64,000 bases of DNA, taken from IMG/VR virus record IMGVR_UViG_3300025099_003636, positions 1 to 64,000 of that record; one strand, written 5' to 3'. The translations under genes and the position numbers were made by a program. This document shows, piece by piece, positions 49,921 through 58,243 of the stretch. A model generated the notes under the pieces. The model worked only from the letters and a program-made list of their open reading frames with translations, had not been told where the DNA came from and ran no database searches. This stretch comes from a virus. Numbering within the stretch: position 1 is the stretch's first letter; the number at the start of each line of letters is the position of its first letter.

Positions 49921-51130
49921 ATTTTAATAATTTTGCTAACCCTATTGGTTCTTTTCTTAATACACTTATTAAACCTTCATTAATTGTATTAACTATTGTA
50001 CCTTCAGAATCAATATCAAAAGGTATGTTATTTATATATTTTTTGATACCATTTATATATTTTTTAGGTATACTACCTCCTAGGTTAGTTGAAATTCTCT
50101 TTCTTATGACGTTTGGACTAAATTGTATGTTGAAGTCGTCGAATAAAGGTGCTGACATTGATGCTCCACTAAAAAATCCTAAGTACTCACCACCTGGACT
50201 TTTCATTAACATATCACTTTTTTTCCTGTCACCTTTAGATGCGGAACTTAAAGAATAACCTCTATATTCTAATATTGTTAATGCTTTTGCTAAATCTTCA
50301 ATATAACTAGAATCAACGTCTTCACCATAAAAACCTTTTTCTGTACTTATTCTAAAATCTGGATATGTTTGGTTTAAACTGGCTATAACTTCTAAAGCTC
50401 TTTCGTATATTGCATCATATGTCCTATCAAATTTAGCTTTACTTGTAGCATACCCTTTTATTATCTGTGTACCTTTTATACATCTACCAATATCACCACA
50501 ATCGTCAGTCACACAAAAACAAAATTCATTTTCTAGTTCAACTTCTTTTTCAAATTCACATCTAGACTTTACTGTAGCTTCTGAATTATAGTTAACAGCA
50601 TCTGGGTCCATACAACCCTTTATTTCTTCAATTGGTGCGACAACACCTTTATCATCAGCAACACAACCACAGTTACTATCACTCCACCTTACAAGTTCAC
50701 CCCCACTTTTTCTTTCAGAACACTTTTTAACCTCATCATCATAATCTGAACCTAACTTTTTTTTACATTTTTCTTTAGCTGATTTTGGTTTTACTACGTT
50801 ATTATCACAAGCTGTTTTTAATTTTTCAACATAAGAACTAATGTCAGTATCGAACCAAACAGATTTTTTTATAATATCGACTAAAGTGTTGTAAATTTCA
50901 CATAGGTCTTCAGCTACTTTAGGTCCCTTAGAAGCTTCACCAATTTTTTTTATTGCCTTATTAATAGTATCTCCCTTAGAAAAATGATTACCTTTCTCAT
51001 TAAGTTTTAAATGTTTACCAATATTATTATATGGGGCATTTTTATTTACTCCCGCAATGTTTTCGGTTTTGGTTAATAAAAAATCTTTATTACCTTTACA
51101 ACATTCTAAATTTCCTAACTTTTCAGCCAT
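49919..51130 (-). CDS. Cys-rich hypothetical virion-associated protein
   Basis: 403 aa; GCMDPDAVNYN motif; C-terminal INEGLI motif shared with upstream gene. Confidence 0.65.
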   Translation of the reverse strand: MAEKLGNLECCKGNKDFLLTKTENIAGVNKNAPYNNIGKHLKLNEKGNHFSKGDTINKAIKKIGEASKGPKVAEDLCEIYNTLVDIIKKSVWFDTDISSYVEKLKTACDNNVVKPKSAKEKCKKKLGSDYDDEVKKCSERKSGGELVRWSDSNCGCVADDKGVVAPIEEIKGCMDPDAVNYNSEATVKSRCEFEKEVELENEFCFCVTDDCGDIGRCIKGTQIIKGYATSKAKFDRTYDAIYERALEVIASLNQTYPDFRISTEKGFYGEDVDSSYIEDLAKALTILEYRGYSLSSASKGDRKKSDMLMKSPGGEYLGFFSGASMSAPLFDDFNIQFSPNVIRKRISTNLGGSIPKKYINGIKKYINNIPFDIDSEGTIVNTINEGLISVLRKEPIGLAKLLK

Positions 51131-51131
51131 T

Positions 51132-53417
51132 TTATTTGTTCTTTAAAATATTTATTAACCCTTCTGTTATATTTGGTAATGGATTTCTGCTAGTGTCACT
51201 TTCTTTATTCATTCCTTTTATTTTATTTTTTACACCTTCTATACCACCGTCTTGGAATGCTTCATATAATTCATTTACTATGTTTGTGAAGTCGTCTTTT
51301 AACTCTTGTACTTTTGCTCCACTTCTTTTACCTATATCTGGATTATTTTCATCTGTGGTAAAATAAGGTTTTTCACATTTATTAGAAGGAATCCCATAAC
51401 ATTGTCCTTTATTAAACTCTTCTGATGATAGACCATCTAACCAGGTTTGAAAATCCTCAGCAGCCCAGTCATTATCTTCGGTTCCGTATGGTGAATATGT
51501 TTTGTACTTAGTAATTCTTTCTAGATTATCAGCACTAATTAACGCGTTAGGTTTATATCTAGAGTAAACCAATTCTTCATTTTCATTATATCTTTTTGGT
51601 GCGTATTGTGGCCAAAATTCTACTAACGCATCTGTAACATCAAGTAAATCATCATCAGCTGCTTCAGAACCAATTAACCATTCTTTATCAGCAACAACAT
51701 CAAACACATCTTGTCTGGTGGTAAACACCCAATTAAGGAGTGTTGAAACACCTGGGAGAACTTTAGCGTTCATTAAACTTAAATTATCCATTAATTTTTC
51801 GTCACCAAGTCTATTATAAAAATAAGTTACTTGTGACATAGCAAGTACAGAAGGTACTTTTTTTATCACAGCTATAATAGAATTATCAGCTACACCTGTA
51901 AAAAGTTTTAATGCACCTACATCAGGTACGTTATCATAAGACATATCATCTATGACGGTTTGTAAAAATTCCTCTCGTTTATTATTTGGGATTTCGTCTA
52001 TACTTGTTGCTGCTTGACCGGACCCGTCTTTATTGTTGTACTTTCCAATGTAATCATTAAGGTTATTTAACTCATTTAAATCTCTAAATAACATCCACCC
52101 TTGTAGGTATCCATATAGTTTTTTTGCAAAAGCTTCTGCTTCCGTATCTGATAAACCACCTCTATCAAAAACAATTTGTTTATTTCCTTTAAATTTTTGA
52201 TAAAATTTTTCAGTTAAACCAGCTATAGATTTTTGACTAGCTGTTAGTTCTTGGAATTTTTGTACTATAAAATCTAATAGTAAACCTAAACTAACTGCAC
52301 CAATTGTATAATACCACCCTTTTGCGGTTTTTGGTATTATTTTAAGTAGTGTACCACCTACAGTTACAGATTTTAATTTTTGTCTCAACGCAGTAACTAA
52401 CTCATCCGTGGCATTTCTTTCTCCCCCTAACAAAAATTTAAGTTCCTTATCTGTTATTGTACCATTTTTAACTTGTCTACGTAATTGTCCTGTAGAATGC
52501 TTCTGGAGTAGTTCTATTATCTCCTTTTGTTGGTCTGACCTTAATAATATACCAATAATGTCATCCATCACTTGAGGCGGAATCACTCTTTGTCTTGCAA
52601 TTGACTGTGCTACTTGTGCTACCAAATCCTCCACACTCATCGGTAACCTGACTTGTGTTTGTTGGCTCGCTAATATTTTTAATTCATCTAATAATTTAGA
52701 TAATGAAGGGTTATCTAAATTATTCATCCAATCTCTTAGTGCTTTTTGTTTTACACCATTACTACCAGTAAAGGCTTTTTTAAATAAAAGGTCTTTTATT
52801 CCTTTTGTCCACTGCATTACTAATGTATCGTCGGTTATGCCTTGTAATGCATTAGTAGGTGTGGTTGGTCCAGTATCAGTTTTTGTTTTTACGTCATCAG
52901 TTTTTACATTTACGTCATCAGTTTTTACTTTTGTCTTCTCTGATGTTTCTTTTGCAACCTTTTTTTCCAGAGCTTTAAGTTCAGCTCCAAGTGATACTCT
53001 GAAAGATGAACCATCTGCTAATCTTTCCGGTAGTTTAGCTATAAGTTCGTCTAGTTTAGCACCTTTTAACTTACCCGAAGTAACACTCTCCAGTATTCTT
53101 TTTAATATGCTCGCATTAAAACTGACACCACTATCAGCTACAATCTTTTGAGTTCCTTTAATTGTTTGTGTGTTAACATCTTTAGCTAATCTTCTAAATA
53201 TGTTGTCTATTTTTTTACTGGATGTCCTACTCAATAATTGTGATATTCTATTAGATAGTTGTTCGGCCGCTTCTTTTGATAGGTTTTTACCAAAAATTTT
53301 GCTTAGATATTCGGTGAACTCTCTTGATAATTGTTCATTTAGTGGTGTGTCTATTCTTGGTTTAAGCCCCATTATTTGACGAGCTCTATCTATTTCTGTT
53401 ATAAGTGTATTAATCAT
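51132..53417 (-). CDS. Large putative head-cargo protein with type-2 leader and one TM segment
   Basis: LITEIDRARQIMG...LNEQ leader; GWYYTIGAVSLGLLLDFIV; KTDDV repeats. Confidence 0.65.
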   Translation of the reverse strand: MINTLITEIDRARQIMGLKPRIDTPLNEQLSREFTEYLSKIFGKNLSKEAAEQLSNRISQLLSRTSSKKIDNIFRRLAKDVNTQTIKGTQKIVADSGVSFNASILKRILESVTSGKLKGAKLDELIAKLPERLADGSSFRVSLGAELKALEKKVAKETSEKTKVKTDDVNVKTDDVKTKTDTGPTTPTNALQGITDDTLVMQWTKGIKDLLFKKAFTGSNGVKQKALRDWMNNLDNPSLSKLLDELKILASQQTQVRLPMSVEDLVAQVAQSIARQRVIPPQVMDDIIGILLRSDQQKEIIELLQKHSTGQLRRQVKNGTITDKELKFLLGGERNATDELVTALRQKLKSVTVGGTLLKIIPKTAKGWYYTIGAVSLGLLLDFIVQKFQELTASQKSIAGLTEKFYQKFKGNKQIVFDRGGLSDTEAEAFAKKLYGYLQGWMLFRDLNELNNLNDYIGKYNNKDGSGQAATSIDEIPNNKREEFLQTVIDDMSYDNVPDVGALKLFTGVADNSIIAVIKKVPSVLAMSQVTYFYNRLGDEKLMDNLSLMNAKVLPGVSTLLNWVFTTRQDVFDVVADKEWLIGSEAADDDLLDVTDALVEFWPQYAPKRYNENEELVYSRYKPNALISADNLERITKYKTYSPYGTEDNDWAAEDFQTWLDGLSSEEFNKGQCYGIPSNKCEKPYFTTDENNPDIGKRSGAKVQELKDDFTNIVNELYEAFQDGGIEGVKNKIKGMNKESDTSRNPLPNITEGLINILKNK

Positions 53418-53427
53418 AATTATTTTT

Positions 53428-53880
53428 TTACCACAAAGGGTTAGCTTTCCCTCTACTTGTTTGGTAGGAGTCTGCCCATTTACTATTTATTATTTGGTTT
53501 GCCATTCCTCTAGTTATTCCTGTTTCCCATACTCCAAGTGATGCTGTACCAGCTCCTGCACCATCATCTGATTCTCCAGACTCTGTTCCCGCATCTTGTT
53601 CCATAAATTCACCTGGTGCATAACTATCTTCTGGTCCGTCACTATAAAAGTCATACGCTGAATTTTCTTTAGAGTAGTTGGTTTCTGGTTCAGTAAATCC
53701 TTCCCCCTCTAATTCTGGTTCAGAACCTAAAGCTCCTTTACTTGTAAAACTATACTCACTTGCACCATCTGTATCGGCATAACCACCTTGTAGACCGGAC
53801 ATAATATCTTCATTTAATGGGTTACCATCAAACATTATTTCCTTAACTCTATCTATATTTTCTTGTAACGAATCACACAT
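53428..53880 (-). CDS. Acidic protein with type-2 leader
   Basis: LQENIDRVKEIM...LNED; tandem TATTTATA upstream. Confidence 0.65.
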   Translation of the reverse strand: MCDSLQENIDRVKEIMFDGNPLNEDIMSGLQGGYADTDGASEYSFTSKGALGSEPELEGEGFTEPETNYSKENSAYDFYSDGPEDSYAPGEFMEQDAGTESGESDDGAGAGTASLGVWETGITRGMANQIINSKWADSYQTSRGKANPLW

Positions 53881-53907
53881 ATGTATACTATATAAATATA
53901 AATACCG

Positions 53908-53931
53908 AAAAAGGTGGAATAATCCACCTTT
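53908..53931 (-). terminator. Intrinsic terminator
   Basis: Minus strand AAAGGTGGA-TTAT-TCCACCTTTTT. Confidence 0.75.
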
Positions 53932-53934
53932 AAA

Positions 53935-54216
53935 TCAATAATTCAACACCTGTCTATTTTGGTTTACATATATAGATAAACCTTCTTTAAGTTGTGATTC
54001 ATCTATGTCGTTTTTTAATGTGATAATTTCCATTCCTTCATCACCCTCATCAAACCATTCTCTTTCGTTAAAAAGGTCACACACCACTTCTAACTCTTCC
54101 ATAGGTATTTCTAATTCATGTTCACCACACATGTCATCTTCACATAGTGTGAATTCCACAAATATTGTTGCTCTATCATTATATATAAAGTGGGAGTGTA
54201 TTTCTTCAATAACCAT
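53935..54216 (-). CDS. Acidic hypothetical protein
   Basis: 93-aa ORF followed by a terminator. Confidence 0.65.
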   Translation of the reverse strand: MVIEEIHSHFIYNDRATIFVEFTLCEDDMCGEHELEIPMEELEVVCDLFNEREWFDEGDEGMEIITLKNDIDESQLKEGLSIYVNQNRQVLNY

Positions 54217-54258
54217 AATATCTTTTTTAGATTAAATATATGGTATTAAAGAAAAGTC

Positions 54259-54672
54259 TTACAGTCTACGTGATTTTAACCAAAATATTTCTCTACCTGC
54301 TCTAGTTTCTAAGGCTCTTAATTTTTGTTTAGATTTTTTTAAATCTAATTCTGGGGATTTTTCTAAATCACCCATCAAAAATGATGTAAACTCTAAAACA
54401 TCAGCATTTAACTCTTCTACGTATTGTACTCTATCTTGTAATTGTTCTATTTGGTCTTGTTGTAAAGCAACAATTTCTTCAGGTGATAAAAGTTTTTCTA
54501 ACTCATCTTCAATGCCTTCAATATCATCTTCAGCATCATAAATGTCATTATCAGTATTAATCATATTAGCTTGGTCCAAAACTCTAAGAACCTCATCATC
54601 AGCAGTTTCTTGTTCAAGTATATTTTTAAGTACTTTGGTTAACTGTTCTTCAGAAATTTTAATTTTTTTCAT
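54259..54672 (-). CDS. Coiled-coil protein with type-1 leader
   Basis: MKKIKISEEQL...ILEQ; TATTTATA upstream. Confidence 0.7.
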   Translation of the reverse strand: MKKIKISEEQLTKVLKNILEQETADDEVLRVLDQANMINTDNDIYDAEDDIEGIEDELEKLLSPEEIVALQQDQIEQLQDRVQYVEELNADVLEFTSFLMGDLEKSPELDLKKSKQKLRALETRAGREIFWLKSRRL

Positions 54673-54743
54673 TTTTTGTTTTTATTATAAATATATCCTA
54701 ATATTTATTTGGTTGAGTGGTAAAAATTTTTTATTTTTGTTGT

Positions 54744-54905
54744 GTGAAAGAAAAACTTAAAAAATACAAGTTAGTTGGTGTTAGTCTGTCGGACCACGAA
54801 AAATCTGTTAAAGTAGGCAAACTTAAACAGAAGGGTTTAGCAGAAGACGCTTACTGGAGTATGGGAAAATCATATTACTGGATAAAAAGAGGTAATAAAA
54901 TATAA
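54744..54905 (+). CDS. Small hypothetical protein, leaderless GTG start
   Basis: TTTG (54708) + 20 nt + TATTTTTG (54732), in-frame GTG 4 nt downstream, the same geometry as at 46816. Confidence 0.55.
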   Translation: MKEKLKKYKLVGVSLSDHEKSVKVGKLKQKGLAEDAYWSMGKSYYWIKRGNKI

Positions 54906-54918
54906 AATAAATACTATT

Positions 54919-55113
54919 ATGGGACATTGGGAAGACTTTTGGTGGGAAACCAGCCAATCTATAAAAGAAAAAGGTTTAGAAAAAGAATTTGATGCTCAAT
55001 TAAAGAAAATGAGTAGTCAAGATAAACATAAATATAAAGATACACGTTCTAGGTGGTCTTATGCTTTAAATAAAGTACTTCAAAATAACGATAAAAAAAT
55101 AAAATCTAGTTAA
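54919..55113 (+). CDS. Small hypothetical protein
   Basis: 64-aa ORF followed by a terminator. Confidence 0.65.
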   Translation: MGHWEDFWWETSQSIKEKGLEKEFDAQLKKMSSQDKHKYKDTRSRWSYALNKVLQNNDKKIKSS

Positions 55114-55114
55114 T

Positions 55115-55144
55115 AAAAAAACCCTGACCGTCGTCAGGGTTTTT
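55115..55144. terminator. Bidirectional terminator
   Basis: AAAAAAACCCTGAC-CGTC-GTCAGGGTTTTT. Confidence 0.85.
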
Positions 55145-55250
55145 GCAACTCTTAAATAATTTAAACTCCGTAATTAGTTTCCATCTTTTGGTTGCGGGAA
55201 AAAACTTTCACTAATTTGCAACCGGTTTAATTATTTAACCTTTTGTCTTG

Positions 55251-55676
55251 TTAGAATTTGTACGATAAACCAAGATTGAAAGTGCCCTCTCTTTCTCCGT
55301 TTTCATCTTCTTTTAATCCCATACTATAGTTTGGTTCAACATTAAGACCTTTCCATACATTATAAGAATAACCAACACCAACAGTTAAGTTGTCCATTGT
55401 TTCTTCTGTAGGAGCTTGAACAGACACGTATGTGTTTGCGTTCCAGTTGTATCTCCCCCAAAGGTCATAGTTATCGTCACCTTCTGCATCTACACCATTT
55501 TTTAGTAAACCTACTGTCCAAGTATCATTTAACGCATAACCAAAACCAATGTTTTGTGTTATTTTGTCCATAGTTTCCTCTTGGTCACCATCGTAAGTTG
55601 TTACTACCATAAAATTTTGTGCTGAAGCAAGTAATGTTGATAATGCTATAGCGGATGTTAAAAATATTTTTTTCAT
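55251..55676 (-). CDS. Small outer-membrane beta-barrel protein
   Basis: Sec signal MKKIFLTSAIALSTLLASAQ, alternating aromatic strands, C-terminal LGLSYKF BAM signal. Confidence 0.8.
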   Translation of the reverse strand: MKKIFLTSAIALSTLLASAQNFMVVTTYDGDQEETMDKITQNIGFGYALNDTWTVGLLKNGVDAEGDDNYDLWGRYNWNANTYVSVQAPTEETMDNLTVGVGYSYNVWKGLNVEPNYSMGLKEDENGEREGTFNLGLSYKF

Positions 55677-55757
55677 TTTTTAATTTTCTTTTTTAACTTT
55701 TATATTTTCGAATTGTTTATATAGATGCTCAAAAATACACATCCTTATTTTTACTTT

Positions 55758-55982
55758 TTATTTCTTAGTAAAAAATGATGCTAGTAATACCAATACTACT
55801 AAACCAACGAACCCACCATTTCCTAAAGAATTGATAAGGCTAGTCAAGTTAGCTACAACATCCATGTTGAAAATAGCACCACCTGTCAATACAAACCAAA
55901 GAATTGATACTGGAATAACGGCCATTAATATTGAGCCTAATCCACCAAAAAATCCTGTGATATATTTGATTACTGAATCCAT
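55758..55982 (-). CDS. Small inner-membrane protein
   Basis: 74 aa, almost entirely hydrophobic, 2-3 TM helices. Confidence 0.7.
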   Translation of the reverse strand: MDSVIKYITGFFGGLGSILMAVIPVSILWFVLTGGAIFNMDVVANLTSLINSLGNGGFVGLVVLVLLASFFTKK

Positions 55983-56236
55983 AATTTTTTTGTTTTTTTT
56001 TAAATGTTTATATCACATAAGTTCCGGTTAACTTAGTGATGATTATACCTTCTTTAACATATGTTTTTAAAGGTTCTTACAATACATACGTCTTTTAATT
56101 AAAAAGTCAATAAAAGTTATAAAATCCTGGTTTTTGGTGTAAAAATGGGTATTATTGGTGTCATTAGGTACACATCTTACGATATATCGTACTTGATTTT
56201 TAAGGGTATTTAACATATTTTTATTAAAAATAGCTT

Positions 56237-57220
56237 ATGAAACTAAAAATATTAAAGGAACAGAATAAAAATTATAACTTAAGTGTCTTAGATTTTATAA
56301 GACTTTTAGACCCTAGTAAGACTGGCAAATTTCTCCAAATTTTATTAAACGAATTAAAGTCTTATGATAATTCTATTGCTGTTTCACAAGGTAATGTTTG
56401 GGAATTAAGTAATCAGGTTGAGGTGTCTACTGGTGTTAATGAGGAAATAATAAACTTATTGATTGAGTGTCTGGGTGGTGTGGATATTATTAATGACTTA
56501 GAAAAATTTGAGGTGTTGTGTGAGGAAAATTTAATCACTATTAAAGATATACAAGAATATAAATCTTTAGGTGAGATATCTTTGGCTGTAATAGATGCTG
56601 AAGAAAAAAGAAAGGGAACTTTGCCAAAAAAAAATATTATTTTAGATAATTCTGAATACCTAGTACTTAAACCTTTAAACATATTTGCTTCTAGAAAATA
56701 TGGTGCATCCACTAAATGGTGTACTTCCAGTAAAGAACCTAAAACTTTTTATGATTACTCTAATAAAGGGATACTACTTTATATATTATCAAAAGAAAAT
56801 AATAAAAAATGGGCTGTATATTATGATTTAAAAGATAAAGAACTGTCTTGGTGGAACTCTAGAGATATCTTAACTGATGGTTATCTGGTGGATTTACCTG
56901 AAAAACTAAAAAAGGATGTGTTAAATTACATTTTAAATGAATCCAACCCAAACAGTCATTATTTCGATAAAGAGACTAAATTACTGTCTGAACAAATTTT
57001 AATTGGTGTTGTGGATGAGGATGGTCAATATAATGAAGTTTTAGCTACCCCAGAACCATTTACTGGTATATGGCGTAATGGTGTTAATGGTCCTACCTGG
57101 AATCCAGGTGAATATGCGACCACAAGTACTGAAGATAGAATAGATGGTTTGGTTAATAAAACATTAGAGTGTCACTACACCATAAAAGCTTTAAATGAGG
57201 GTGGTAAAATTATTAACTAA
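56237..57220 (+). CDS. Hypothetical phage protein (YGxxTKWC motif)
   Basis: ASRKYGASTKWCTS...F..Y...G.LLYI motif, recurrent in large phages. Confidence 0.65.
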   Translation: MKLKILKEQNKNYNLSVLDFIRLLDPSKTGKFLQILLNELKSYDNSIAVSQGNVWELSNQVEVSTGVNEEIINLLIECLGGVDIINDLEKFEVLCEENLITIKDIQEYKSLGEISLAVIDAEEKRKGTLPKKNIILDNSEYLVLKPLNIFASRKYGASTKWCTSSKEPKTFYDYSNKGILLYILSKENNKKWAVYYDLKDKELSWWNSRDILTDGYLVDLPEKLKKDVLNYILNESNPNSHYFDKETKLLSEQILIGVVDEDGQYNEVLATPEPFTGIWRNGVNGPTWNPGEYATTSTEDRIDGLVNKTLECHYTIKALNEGGKIIN

Positions 57221-57521
57221 TATAATACTTTAACTTTTCTTCGTATATATATCCTGGTTGAACTCCTTGCATAGATTCTTGTACTTCTCCGTTTTTAATA
57301 ATTGTTACGTTTGGTATCCCTCTAACTCCATATCTCGCAGCTAAAGATTTCATTTGGTCAACATTAACTTTTAATATATTATTAGGGTATTGCTCTTTTA
57401 ATTTATCAATCGTTGGTGTTAACATTCTACACGGTCCACACCACGGAGCCCAAAAATCCACCAAAATAACTTCTTCATTTTTTAGTTTTTCATTAAAAAC
57501 TTCTTCATTAATTATATCCAT
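57213..57521 (-). CDS. trxA: Thioredoxin
   Basis: VDFWAPWCGPC, KVNVD, GIP. Confidence 0.95.
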   Translation of the reverse strand: MDIINEEVFNEKLKNEEVILVDFWAPWCGPCRMLTPTIDKLKEQYPNNILKVNVDQMKSLAARYGVRGIPNVTIIKNGEVQESMQGVQPGYIYEEKLKYYIS

Positions 57522-57715
57522 TTGTTTTATTTTATATTAAGTATACTAGATTTATTCACATAATAAATAGTCAATAGGTTTTGTTATGTCAATAACTTTT
57601 ATTATCTTTGTAGTATGAAAAAACAATAAATAATTCACTTAATTTGTAACTACAAAGATAAATTTTACGTATATAATAATACCAACCAAAAGTTTAACCT
57701 ACTAAATAAAATAAA

Positions 57716-58243
57716 ATGAAAAATCTACTAACAACACTACTTTTAATACTAACCATAACATCATATGGACAAACTAAATTAGATTCTCTTATATTTGATA
57801 TGGTGAACGAATATCGTGTTTCTAACGGATTAACTGCTTGGGTTTGGGACGATAATACTTTTTTAATCGCAGAAAAACACAATGAGTATCAAGTAAAAAT
57901 ATCTGATATTTCACATAAAGAATTGCAGGATGTTGAAAACCATAAAGAAGTTAGTAGGTTAGCTCATCGTTTTGATTATGTTTTTACAGATTGGATGCGT
58001 TGTGGTGAAAATATAGCTGTTGTTAATACATTAGATTTATCAGTAGAAGAAATTGCGACTACTACATTAGAAATGTGGATTGCTTCACCACCACATAACA
58101 GAACACTTTTACAACCAACTAAATATGAATATGGTGCTATTAGTTCACATAGTAGTACAAAATGGTCACGTTCTAAGTACTCTCACAGTAATAGTTGGGT
58201 TTATGTTACCTTAAATGTTTATGGGGGGTCTTTACCTAATTAG
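57716..58243 (+). CDS. Secreted CAP (SCP-like) domain protein
   Basis: Signal peptide; VNEYR..NGL, SH, GENIA, W..SPPH...LL. Confidence 0.85.
   Translation: MKNLLTTLLLILTITSYGQTKLDSLIFDMVNEYRVSNGLTAWVWDDNTFLIAEKHNEYQVKISDISHKELQDVENHKEVSRLAHRFDYVFTDWMRCGENIAVVNTLDLSVEEIATTTLEMWIASPPHNRTLLQPTKYEYGAISSHSSTKWSRSKYSHSNSWVYVTLNVYGGSLPN

Noticed and set aside
29110-52930. Short direct repeats as CRISPR or DGR elements (about 29110-29170, 32190-32235, 38700-39100, 52880-52930)
   Set aside because: All are in-frame low-complexity peptide repeats (EEEMHE, GMD/GGDT, EELAMDD, KTDDV); there is no repeat-spacer periodicity, cas gene or reverse transcriptase
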